From contig JBGAIQ010000002.1 in NCBI GenBank assembly GCA_044225365.1, forward strand, positions 211,319-275,318: DNA of 64,000 bases, read 5' to 3'. Of the stretch, positions 53,217-64,000 are shown piece by piece (the first letter of the stretch is position 1; every line of letters begins with the position of its first letter). The DNA comes from Planctomycetota bacterium. GTDB taxonomy: Bacteria > Planctomycetota > B15-G4 > JADJEK01. Made by a program: the position numbers and the translations under genes. The notes under the pieces are model-generated. The model saw only the letters and a list, made by a program, of their open reading frames with translations. It ran no database searches and had not been told where the DNA came from.

Positions 53217-55388
53217 TCACTCGTCGTCCCGACGGAAGAACTTGTCGATCGTGGCCTGCGACTCGCCCCGCAGCATCGCTTCCATCTGCAGGCTGAAGGC
53301 GCGGGCGTAGAGGCCGTTCTTCGCCATCAGTTCGTCGTGCGTGCCCTCTTCCTCGACGACGCCGCGCTGGATCACGACGATGTGATTCGCCCGCCGGATC
53401 GTCGACAGACGGTGCGCGATCACGATCGTCGTGCGGCCCACCATCAGGTTGTCGAGCGCCTTCTGGACGTGCGCTTCCGACTCGGCGTCGAGCGCCGACG
53501 TCGCTTCGTCGAGGATCAGGATCGGAGGGTTCTTCAGGATCGCACGGGCGATCGCGATGCGCTGCCGCTCGCCACCGGACAGCGAGAGTCCGCGTTCTCC
53601 GAGTTCGGTGTCGTAGCCTTGATCCTTCGCCATGATGAAATCATGCGCGCAGGCGGCCTTCGCGGCCTCGATGATGCGTTCGCGCGAGATGTCCTTCAGC
53701 CCGTAGGCGATGTTCTCGGCGAGCGTGTCGGAGAACAGGATCGTTTCCTGTGAGACGATGCCGATCATCTGACGCAGGCTCTTCAGGGTGTACTCGCGGA
53801 TGTCCTTGCCGTCGATCGTGACGCTGCCCTTGTTGGGGTCGTAGAAGCGCGGCAGCATGTCGACGAGGGATGTCTTGCCGGCGCCGGACGGACCGACGAT
53901 CGCGACCGTCTCGCCCTTGCGGATCGTGAGCGACAGGCCGCGCAATGCGCGACTGCCGCGGTGATAGCTGAACTTGACGTCGTGGTACTCGATCTTGTCG
54001 TCGAAGCGCTCGAGCGGGATCGCGTTCGGAGCGTCGGGGATCTCGGGAGTCTGGTCGAGCAGGCCCACGATCTTCTCGCCGGCCGAGATGCCGCGGACGA
54101 AGTCGTTCTGATACTTCGCGAGGTGGCTCACCGAACGGTTCAGCTTCTGCATCGCGAAGAGGACGGTCGTCAACACCGGAATGGTCATACCGTCGCGACC
54201 ATCGATCACGAACTTGCCGAGGACGAGGATCCCGACGCCGATCGTCATGTCGCCGATCAGTTCGACGATGGGCTCGCTCACGGCGCGCAGGCGATAGGTC
54301 TCCATCTGGCGCTTGTAGGTGGAGCGAGCGGCCACTCGAAAGCGCTTGATCTCGTGCTTCTCCGCGGTGAACGCCTTCACCATCTTCTGGCCGATGATGG
54401 CTTCGGACACGATCGCGAAGAGGTCGGCTTCGCCCGCTTCGGACTGCTTGTCGCGGAAGCGCAGCCGATCGCCGATGATGCGGATCGGAACGAGCGCGAG
54501 GAGCACCATCGCGATTCCCATCACTGCGATCCAACCGAGATGGGAGATCGTGTACCACAGCGCGGCGGCGAAGACGCAGACCTCGGTCACCATGCCGAGC
54601 GAGATGCTGATGAACATCTGCCGCAGGCGCGTGATGTCCTTCGTGAGGCGCGACAGGATGCGGCTGCTGTGCTGGGTCTGATGGAACTGCAGCGGGAGGC
54701 GGACGAGCGTCTTGAAGCAGTCGTCGCGCATGTCGCGGATCATCTTCCGGCTCACGGTCGCCATCATGATCTCGCGGATGTAGTCGAGCAGGGCGGTGAG
54801 CAGGGCGAGCGCGACGAAGCCGAAGACGACCGCGCGCAAGTTGACCTTGCGCTGGTCCTTGGTGAGCGCCGGCGCAGGTTCGGGCTGCGCGTTGGGGTTG
54901 TTCGGATCGAGGATGGGGTCGACCGGAGCGTCGTGCCCTCCGAACCAGCGCGTGACGGTCCTCACGACCTTGTCGAGCGTGCCGAACTTCAGTTCCTTGT
55001 GCTTCGACGCCGGGTCCTGCGGGCTGATCGTCGAGATTCCGGCCTGCATCCACGAGAGCTGGAACGCGGCGAGCGATCCGCCGATGATCGAGAGCATGAC
55101 CGACAGGATCACCTTTGCGAGGTGCGGCCGCATGTAGCTGCCGATGACCGCGAAGACGCGCCGATCCTCCGCGGAGACGGGATGGAGCAGTCGCTTCACG
55201 TACTGCCAGCCCGTGACCTTCAGCTTCTCCTCGACCTCGCGCTTCTCCGCTTCGTCGAGATCCGCGCTCATTCCGCTCTGGAACACGCCGGAATCAGCGG
55301 AGTCTGGTCCGACGATCTTCCGCTTCTGCGGAGAGTCGTCGTCGGGCGCTCCGGACAACGGAGAGCCGGGGGCGTCGCGATCGATCAT
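53217..55388 (-). CDS. MsbA-like ABC exporter (TMD + NBD)
   Basis: Six-TM domain, GPSGAGKT, LSGGERQR, ILDEATSALD, AHRLST. Confidence 0.93.
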   Translation of the reverse strand: MIDRDAPGSPLSGAPDDDSPQKRKIVGPDSADSGVFQSGMSADLDEAEKREVEEKLKVTGWQYVKRLLHPVSAEDRRVFAVIGSYMRPHLAKVILSVMLSIIGGSLAAFQLSWMQAGISTISPQDPASKHKELKFGTLDKVVRTVTRWFGGHDAPVDPILDPNNPNAQPEPAPALTKDQRKVNLRAVVFGFVALALLTALLDYIREIMMATVSRKMIRDMRDDCFKTLVRLPLQFHQTQHSSRILSRLTKDITRLRQMFISISLGMVTEVCVFAAALWYTISHLGWIAVMGIAMVLLALVPIRIIGDRLRFRDKQSEAGEADLFAIVSEAIIGQKMVKAFTAEKHEIKRFRVAARSTYKRQMETYRLRAVSEPIVELIGDMTIGVGILVLGKFVIDGRDGMTIPVLTTVLFAMQKLNRSVSHLAKYQNDFVRGISAGEKIVGLLDQTPEIPDAPNAIPLERFDDKIEYHDVKFSYHRGSRALRGLSLTIRKGETVAIVGPSGAGKTSLVDMLPRFYDPNKGSVTIDGKDIREYTLKSLRQMIGIVSQETILFSDTLAENIAYGLKDISRERIIEAAKAACAHDFIMAKDQGYDTELGERGLSLSGGERQRIAIARAILKNPPILILDEATSALDAESEAHVQKALDNLMVGRTTIVIAHRLSTIRRANHIVVIQRGVVEEEGTHDELMAKNGLYARAFSLQMEAMLRGESQATIDKFFRRDDE

Positions 55389-55416
55389 GTTCCGGTCGAG
55401 CTCTCGCTCGCCTCCA

Positions 55417-56556
55417 TCAACCCGCTCTTGCGGCTGCGATCTCTCGCAGTTCGCTCGGCGCTTCCAGTTCGAGGAGATCGTAGATCGTTCGGGCTGCGCG
55501 CTGCGCGGCCTTGCCAGGTTCGAAGAACAGGTCCTGCGCGATCGCTTGGCGAATCGGACTCTTCTCGTGCGCGGTCTCGAGGAGCCGAGGTACGACCTCG
55601 CGGAGGTCCTTGCCGTGCTCGACCACTTCGCCGCCCTTGCGGCCCCAGGTGTCGAGATCCATCGCACCTTCCGAGCGCCGACCGTTCAGGATCTCGGGCA
55701 CGTCCATGAAGATGATCGGGCGGTCGCGCAGCGTGTACTCGAACGCCACCGAGGAGGCGTCGGAGATCAAGAGATCCGCGGCGGCGAGCAGGGGCACGAC
55801 GTCGGAACCGAAGTCGACGCGCATCCGTGGATGCGTCCAGACCTTCAGTTTCTCGCGCCAATCGAAGCCGACACTCGGATCGGGCTGGGCGTGGTCGTGC
55901 AGCTTGACGATCACGTTCACCGGCAGGTCGTGGAGGGCCTTCAGGATTTCTTCGCCTTGGCGATACAGCGAATTGCCGCGGTCGCCGGTCGGGGCGTAGA
56001 GCACCGTGGGAAGGGCGGGATCGAGCTGCATTCCGAGCAGGATCTCATTGCGCTTCAGCGAGCCGTCGACGAGTCGGTCGAGCTTCGGCATGCCGACCAT
56101 CTGCAGTTTCGGATCGCCCTCGCGGTAGAGCCCGCGCTCCAGGAAGCGCCTGCGGTGATAGGGACCGGGGAGGAACAGCCGGTCGTAGGAGTACGTCTTC
56201 TCGGTGACGGCGCAATTCTTGAACGACACCCCGTGGAAGACCTGGACGCGCACCTTCGCCCTCAGGGGCTGGGCGCGCTCGACGAAGTTGGCGCTGAGGT
56301 ACAGATCGCACGGGAAGAACTTCGCGAACTTGTGGCTCCACACGCCGCGCGTGATCCCGAAGTTCCCGAAGAACCGATGCACGTCCCCGTCGAAGTCGCG
56401 CACGCTTTCCCGCGTGTGCGTCAACTTCGCGGTGTGCATGACCTTGAGTCGCGGATCGCCCTGCAGCCGATCGACGATCGGCTTGTACATCACGACGTTC
56501 ACGCCGTTGGCGGCGGAGCAGAGGATCCAACGGCGACGCCGGAGGGGGAAGGACAT
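55417..56556 (-). CDS. CDP-glycerol glycerophosphotransferase (TagF/TagB-like) family, paralogue of 46789-47832
   Basis: FHGVSFKN, GMPKLD, VLYAPT, VKLHD, SDASS, DRPI. Confidence 0.88.
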   Translation of the reverse strand: MSFPLRRRRWILCSAANGVNVVMYKPIVDRLQGDPRLKVMHTAKLTHTRESVRDFDGDVHRFFGNFGITRGVWSHKFAKFFPCDLYLSANFVERAQPLRAKVRVQVFHGVSFKNCAVTEKTYSYDRLFLPGPYHRRRFLERGLYREGDPKLQMVGMPKLDRLVDGSLKRNEILLGMQLDPALPTVLYAPTGDRGNSLYRQGEEILKALHDLPVNVIVKLHDHAQPDPSVGFDWREKLKVWTHPRMRVDFGSDVVPLLAAADLLISDASSVAFEYTLRDRPIIFMDVPEILNGRRSEGAMDLDTWGRKGGEVVEHGKDLREVVPRLLETAHEKSPIRQAIAQDLFFEPGKAAQRAARTIYDLLELEAPSELREIAAARAG

Positions 56557-56607
56557 CTTCGACACGGTCTCCTGGCTCGAAATACAATCCGGGCATCTTA
56601 CGATCCC

Positions 56608-57414
56608 TTGGCATTCGATCCAAGTTCCTTCGAGCTTCCCTCTCCGTTGCGATATCCATCGAAATCCCTGGTGATTGCGCGCTCGCCCTACTCCGAGACG
56701 AGTCAGGTCGTGCAGTTCCTCACCGAGCGTTCGGGGTTCGTCACGGCGCTCGCGCGCGGAACCTATCGTGAGAAGAGTTCGTTCGGCGGACCCCTCGATC
56801 TCGTCACCGCGGGGCAGGCGGACTTCTCCTCGCGTCGCAGCAGCGAACTCGAACTCCTGCATTCGTTCACGCTCGATCGGCCCTATCGCCGGCTGCGCGG
56901 CGACCTGCGACGCTGGCTCGCGGCGGCCCACGTCATCGAGTTGCTCCGACCCTTCGCCTGGCCCAAGGACCGGGCGCACGAGATCTACACCCTCGCGATC
57001 GCGACGCTCGACGTCCTGGAGACCGCGGTGGACGACGCGACGGTCGATGCCGCGCTCGCCTACTTCGGGGCGCGATTGCTGCTCGTCGCCGGATTCCAAC
57101 CTCAGCTCGACGCTTGTTGTTCGTGTTCGCGTCCGCGCGAGAGCGCGGGCAAGGTCGCGTTCTCCTCGCGCTTCGGCGGAATCCTCTGCGCGGCGTGCAG
57201 CGCGCGGGACGCTGCAACGGTACGCTGTTCGCCCGCTGCCGTGGATCTGCTGAAGCGACTGCTCGGAGCGAGCGACTCGCGAGCGCCGGCGGATGGCAAT
57301 GCGCTGTCCGAAGTCCGCGCGATCCTCGATCGGTTCGTGGAAGCCCGGGTGGAGCGGAAGCTGCACGCCGGAAAGTGGATCCAGGACGGGATTCCGCCGC
57401 TGAAGAAACGCTGA
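56608..57414 (+). CDS. recO: DNA repair protein RecO
   Basis: YSETSQVVQFLT..G...ARG, GFQPQL..C..C...GGILC..C. Start uncertain. Confidence 0.9.
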   Translation: MAFDPSSFELPSPLRYPSKSLVIARSPYSETSQVVQFLTERSGFVTALARGTYREKSSFGGPLDLVTAGQADFSSRRSSELELLHSFTLDRPYRRLRGDLRRWLAAAHVIELLRPFAWPKDRAHEIYTLAIATLDVLETAVDDATVDAALAYFGARLLLVAGFQPQLDACCSCSRPRESAGKVAFSSRFGGILCAACSARDAATVRCSPAAVDLLKRLLGASDSRAPADGNALSEVRAILDRFVEARVERKLHAGKWIQDGIPPLKKR

Positions 57415-57424
57415 GGCTCCGTCG

Positions 57425-58483
57425 ATGATCGATGTTCGTTGCTCTTCGTTCGCGCCCCGCGGGCTTCCCCGTGCAATCGGAGCGATCGTCGCGCTCTGTC
57501 TCCTCGTCGCCCTCTCCGCGTGTTCGACGATCCCAAGGATCGATGGCAAGGAAGCGACCGAGTTCACCGTGGGGCAAGTCCTGGATGCGGGCGAGGCGGC
57601 ATTGCGGGACGGGGATCCCATACAGGCGGCGGCGCTCGGCGAGTTCGTGCTCCGCAATCACTTCGACGATGCGCGCCGCGAGGATGCGCGATGGCTCGCC
57701 GCGGAGGGTCGGTTCCAGCACGGGGACTACTCCGACGCGCTGATCCACTACCGCCGACTGGTCGAGGACGACCCGACGTCGCCGAAGACGCCGCAGGTGC
57801 CCGACCGGTTGTGGACGATGGGGAAGACATTGATTCGTGAGCAGTCGGCGCGCTTCGCCGACCTCAGCAACCGGCACGACATCGGCGTCGAGGCCTTGAA
57901 CCTCCTCGTCACGCAATACCCGCAGCACGAGTACGCCGACGATGCCTGGCGCGAACTTGCGATCGCGTTCCAGAACGACGGTCTGCACCAGGCGGCGGCG
58001 GACTGTTTCGAGAAACTCGCGCGTGAGTTCCCCGACGGCGAGTGGGCCGACTACGCGCTGTATCACGTGGCGGCCGAGTACCGCGAGATGTCGCGCGGGC
58101 ACGAGTACGACGTCGAACCCCTCTTCGTCGCCTACGGCGCCCTCGGTCGTTATCTCGAGGCGTTCCCCCAGGGCAACTTCGCCGCGGCGGCAGCGACCGA
58201 GCGGCGCGAGATCGAGTCCGAGGTCACCCGCCGAGAATTGAAGATTGCAGAGTACTACCGGTTCCGGGGCAGCCTCGAAGGGGAGCGCCTGCACCTGGCG
58301 AATGCCGCGCGGCGCTTCCCCGAGGCACCGGAGGCGAAGGATGCGGCAGCCCGTCTCGAGGCCGCTGGGGTGAAGGTCCAGGACAGCCTGGATCTGCTCT
58401 CACCGCGCGTCGATCGCCCGCGATGGGAGGCGGGGAGTCAAAAAGACGTGATCGAGACCCGACCGCATCCCGGCGATCACTGA
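57425..58483 (+). CDS. bamD: Outer-membrane assembly lipoprotein BamD-like (TPR)
   Basis: LSAC lipobox, TPR units with YP/FP, ELKIAEYY. Lies between recO and lptE. Confidence 0.75.
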   Translation: MIDVRCSSFAPRGLPRAIGAIVALCLLVALSACSTIPRIDGKEATEFTVGQVLDAGEAALRDGDPIQAAALGEFVLRNHFDDARREDARWLAAEGRFQHGDYSDALIHYRRLVEDDPTSPKTPQVPDRLWTMGKTLIREQSARFADLSNRHDIGVEALNLLVTQYPQHEYADDAWRELAIAFQNDGLHQAAADCFEKLAREFPDGEWADYALYHVAAEYREMSRGHEYDVEPLFVAYGALGRYLEAFPQGNFAAAAATERREIESEVTRRELKIAEYYRFRGSLEGERLHLANAARRFPEAPEAKDAAARLEAAGVKVQDSLDLLSPRVDRPRWEAGSQKDVIETRPHPGDH

Positions 58484-58679
58484 CGGGGCCGTCGCGGGTC
58501 GCACTCCTCACAACTCACCTGGCAACGGCTGCATCTGGCGGATGCCTTCGCAACGGAGCGGATTAGAAGAGAATCCGAATGCGTGGCTTTGAGTAGGATG
58601 GTCGCCTCGCGAATTCAGATTCCAAAGCTGCGGACTCGTCACTCGAAGTGGCCCGCGCTTTGCCGGTAGAGTTCCGCCT

Positions 58680-59201
58680 ATGGCAAGCATGTCACCCCTG
58701 AATCGTTCGAGGCGCCGCGTCGCATGCGGGCTCCTTCTTGCGGCGTTCAGCAGCTTCTTCAGTTGCTCGGGCTATCGAAACGATCCCGTGTTCCCCGAAG
58801 GCATGCGCCACATCGCGGTGCCCGTGTTCGACAACGACACCTACTATCGCCAGATCGAACTCGCCCTCACGCGAAACGTGTGCGATGAGATTCGTTCGCG
58901 TCCGGGTCTGAACATCACGGACGAAACCCATGCGGATGTGATCCTGAAGGGCAAGATCAGGAAAGTTTCTCAGAGCGTGTTGTCGATCACGCATCAGGAG
59001 AAACCCAACGAGGAGTCCGCGACGACCTCGGTCCAGTGCGAGTTGGTCGATGCTCGCACCGGGCGGTCTCTCAAGAAATTCTCGGTCTCCGAGCGCGTCG
59101 ACTACGTGCTCCTGACAGGCGAAGGGCTCCAGACGGCGCAGCGCGAGGCGTACTACAACCTCGCGCGGAAGATCGTCTTCGAGCTCGAAAGCGACTGGTG
59201 A
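58680..59201 (+). CDS. lptE: LPS assembly lipoprotein LptE family
   Basis: SCSGY, IAVPVFDNDT, ADVILKGKI, LARKIV..LE..W. Confidence 0.8.
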   Translation: MASMSPLNRSRRRVACGLLLAAFSSFFSCSGYRNDPVFPEGMRHIAVPVFDNDTYYRQIELALTRNVCDEIRSRPGLNITDETHADVILKGKIRKVSQSVLSITHQEKPNEESATTSVQCELVDARTGRSLKKFSVSERVDYVLLTGEGLQTAQREAYYNLARKIVFELESDW

Positions 59202-59204
59202 TAC

Positions 59205-61538
<2,334 letters not shown>

Positions 61539-61556
61539 TCCGGGCCGGTCGCGCGT

Positions 61557-62717
61557 TCAGCGATCGGGTCCACCGGGAGGAAGAGTGCGATTCGGAGGTG
61601 ATACTCCGATCCCACTCGGTGCGCGCAGGAACACGTTCTTGCTGCGCAGCTTCAGGTAGATCTCAGCCGTCTGCTTCGCGATCTCGTCCCAGCTGAGTTC
61701 TCGCGCCCGCGCGAGATTGGCGGCGCCCATTTCCGGAAGTCGATTGCGCTTCTCACGAGCCTCGAGCAACGCTCGTCCGAGGCTCTCCTTGTCGGTCGGC
61801 GAATAGAAGATCGCGCCCGCCGCTGGGATCGTCTCCCGGATCTCCTCGAAATTCGGCGCGACGATCGCTTTGCCGAACGTCATCGCGAGCATCGATGCGC
61901 TCGACGAGAGAATGCGTCGATAGGGCGTCACGACGACGTCGGCGGCGTTCATGTACACCTGGATTCGCTCGTCCGCGATGTGGTCGAGATGTGCGATCAC
62001 GTTGCGGAGCTTGCCCGCTTCCTGGCGAATCGAGTCACCGTAGGCGTCGTTCGAAGGCAGACCCGCGAGCAGCAGTTGCGTGTCGTCCAAGGCTCGCGTC
62101 GTGGCATAGGTCCGCAGCAGTTCGTCGACAGCCTTGTATTCTTGGATGCGGCCGAAGAACAGCGCGACGAATCGATCGGCGTCGATCTTCAGCTCCGCGC
62201 GCGCTTGTTCCCGCGTCATCGTGTTGGGATAGGTCGCCGTGCTGTTGCCGATCGGGATCACACGGAAGATCCGATTCTCGGCGATCCCGAACTTCTTCCG
62301 CACCCGGTCCTTGGCCGCCGCGGAATGCGCGATGAACGCCGACGAGTTCTTCACGAGCCAATGCTGGAGGAGCCGCTCGAGCAGCAGGTTGCGCTGCTCG
62401 TGATTCATGAGGTTGTGGATCGTCCAGACGATCTTGGTTCCGTTCTTCCGCACGTAGGCGAGGTCGCGGAGGAACTTCAGAGTCTTCTTCAGCGCGACGA
62501 TCGGACTCGGGTCGACGCAGTACTTGTCCGGCCAGTGAAGATGCAGGATGTGCGCGCGAGTGTGTCGATAGCGCCGCCGGAAATTCAGCATGTCGGACGC
62601 CATCGTCGCGTTCGAGACGGCGACTCCTTCGAGCCGCAGCGCCTCCTGGAGCTCCCGTTGATACGGGTTCTCAGGGAAGTACGGAGCGACGAGGACTCGT
62701 AGTTTACGCGGCGGCAT
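61557..62717 (-). CDS. Glycosyltransferase family 4
   Basis: NPYQ, HLHWP, WTIHN, FFGRIQEYK, PYR.I.SS...LAMTFGK. Confidence 0.9.
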   Translation of the reverse strand: MPPRKLRVLVAPYFPENPYQRELQEALRLEGVAVSNATMASDMLNFRRRYRHTRAHILHLHWPDKYCVDPSPIVALKKTLKFLRDLAYVRKNGTKIVWTIHNLMNHEQRNLLLERLLQHWLVKNSSAFIAHSAAAKDRVRKKFGIAENRIFRVIPIGNSTATYPNTMTREQARAELKIDADRFVALFFGRIQEYKAVDELLRTYATTRALDDTQLLLAGLPSNDAYGDSIRQEAGKLRNVIAHLDHIADERIQVYMNAADVVVTPYRRILSSSASMLAMTFGKAIVAPNFEEIRETIPAAGAIFYSPTDKESLGRALLEAREKRNRLPEMGAANLARARELSWDEIAKQTAEIYLKLRSKNVFLRAPSGIGVSPPNRTLPPGGPDR

Positions 62718-62775
62718 TCATCCTGCGGTCAGCGCGCAGTCGGACACTGGGACCATGGGCAACGGCGTATCGAGT

Positions 62776-63999
62776 TCAACGCGGCTCGAGCACGGGCGAC
62801 CCAGCCTCCACCGCAACGAGCTGTGGCAACGGAACGAGATGCGTCGCGCGGATCGACGAATTCTCGAGAGTCTGATCGCGATTGAGGATCCGCCGCCAGT
62901 CCTCTGCCCAGATCTCATGGAGCTGCATTCGAGCGGTCGAGTTCATTCCTGTCTCGGGCGAGTGGATCAGCGAGTCGGCCCGCATCCGCCGCACGTACAA
63001 GAACTCGTCGATGTTGCGCAGCTTCTGGGAGAGGAAGAACGACCGCAAGTTAAATTCACGATCGCTCGCGAATCGTCGCACCGTCGAGAAACCGCCCGCC
63101 GCCCGCAACGCTGCGGTTCGCACGATCGTGGTCGGGTGGAACACGGTGTTCTGCGGCTTCGTCTCGAGCGGCGTGACGGCGTCGACCGGGTATCGCATCG
63201 CCTTGGGCCTAATGCGATCCTCATGCATGTCGAGAACGTGGGAGCCGAGTACGTCGATCTGCTCCTTCGAGGCGAGCGCGAGCAGGCGTGCGAAGCGATC
63301 GAAGGTCGGTACGTCATCGGAGTCCTGCAGCGCGACGTACGTCTCGTCGGCCGCTGTCCCAAGGATGTGGCGGGGCACGTAGGGTCCGCCGCCGCAGGGT
63401 TCGAGGCGCCAGAATCGGACGTTCGGGAACTCGCGCGCGATCTCGCGGTGTTCGTCCCGAGATCCCTCGTCGAACGCGACGTGGACGACGGCATCGAGGC
63501 CGCGAATGGCGAGTTGCGTGCGGCGCAGACAATTCCGAATGTGATACATGTCTCCGCGATGCGGTATCACGATCCGCAGCGAGACGCCCTTCGGCACAGT
63601 CGGGGGCGGCTCGAACTCGAAGGGCACTTGACGCGAGAGCAGGGCGAACTCGGAGTCCGCGCTCTCGATCCCGTACATTCCCGCGTGGTAGCCGAGCGTC
63701 TTCGGCTTCTCGATCGCGGAAGCGGGCAGCGCGCAGAAGGTCTTCGCATCGCAGGCCACGTTGAAGACGTCGCGACCCGGCTTGCGCTTGAACGGCGGGG
63801 GACGGCGGCGCGGGAGCAGCATGACGAAGCGCTCGTGGCGCGCGGCTTCCGCAGCGATTCCGGCGAGGGAAAGAAGCACTTCCTTGTCCATGTTCTCACG
63901 GAACACGATCACGTACTTCCCGCTGCCGTTCTCCAACTTCTTCTTCAGTTGGGGTCCCGTGATCGAGCCGTAGGGGACGATGCACAGCGCGGACGGATC
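62776..63999 (-). CDS. Glycosyltransferase family 2 domain protein, 5' end outside the window
   Basis: VIPH, GGPY..R, LQDSDD, FHPT, D.EF.LR. The frame stays open to the window edge. Confidence 0.8.
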   Translation of the reverse strand, partial: DPSALCIVPYGSITGPQLKKKLENGSGKYVIVFRENMDKEVLLSLAGIAAEAARHERFVMLLPRRRPPPFKRKPGRDVFNVACDAKTFCALPASAIEKPKTLGYHAGMYGIESADSEFALLSRQVPFEFEPPPTVPKGVSLRIVIPHRGDMYHIRNCLRRTQLAIRGLDAVVHVAFDEGSRDEHREIAREFPNVRFWRLEPCGGGPYVPRHILGTAADETYVALQDSDDVPTFDRFARLLALASKEQIDVLGSHVLDMHEDRIRPKAMRYPVDAVTPLETKPQNTVFHPTTIVRTAALRAAGGFSTVRRFASDREFNLRSFFLSQKLRNIDEFLYVRRMRADSLIHSPETGMNSTARMQLHEIWAEDWRRILNRDQTLENSSIRATHLVPLPQLVAVEAGSPVLEPR

Positions 64000-64000
64000 G

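Noticed and set aside
58520-58533. Sigma-54 promoters at TGGCA sites (58520, 31223, 39713)
   Set aside because: The GG-to-GC spacing is not the required 10 nt.

Overview
High-GC (roughly 65-70%) bacterial chromosomal segment, very likely Planctomycetota. Evidence: a DUF1549/DUF1553 + DUF1501 pair, a planctomycete-type ECF sigma next to a Ser/Thr kinase, and the recO-bamD-lptE order. It holds about 48 plausible CDSs and one tRNA-Thr(GGT). I saw no CRISPR array, integrase or intact transposase. Housekeeping genes (hutU, recO, bamD, lptE, ftsH) are mixed with secreted beta-propeller proteins, signalling genes and cell-surface glycan genes. The best candidate for an undescribed system is the 46.8-56.6 kb locus. 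It has two TagF-like paralogues flanking a GT4, two PAPS sulfotransferases, a beta-propeller with aryl-sulfotransferase-like His/Asn motifs, an APS kinase fused to a decayed ATP sulfurylase, and an MsbA-like exporter. This suggests a sulfated, polyol-phosphate-modified surface glycan. Other notable items are several apparent pseudo-enzymes, a possibly circularly permuted LamG insert in the kinase, a tandem palindromic repeat and an orphan Rpn/DUF4351-like tail. All family calls come from reading motifs by eye, with no database searches, and most start codons are best guesses.
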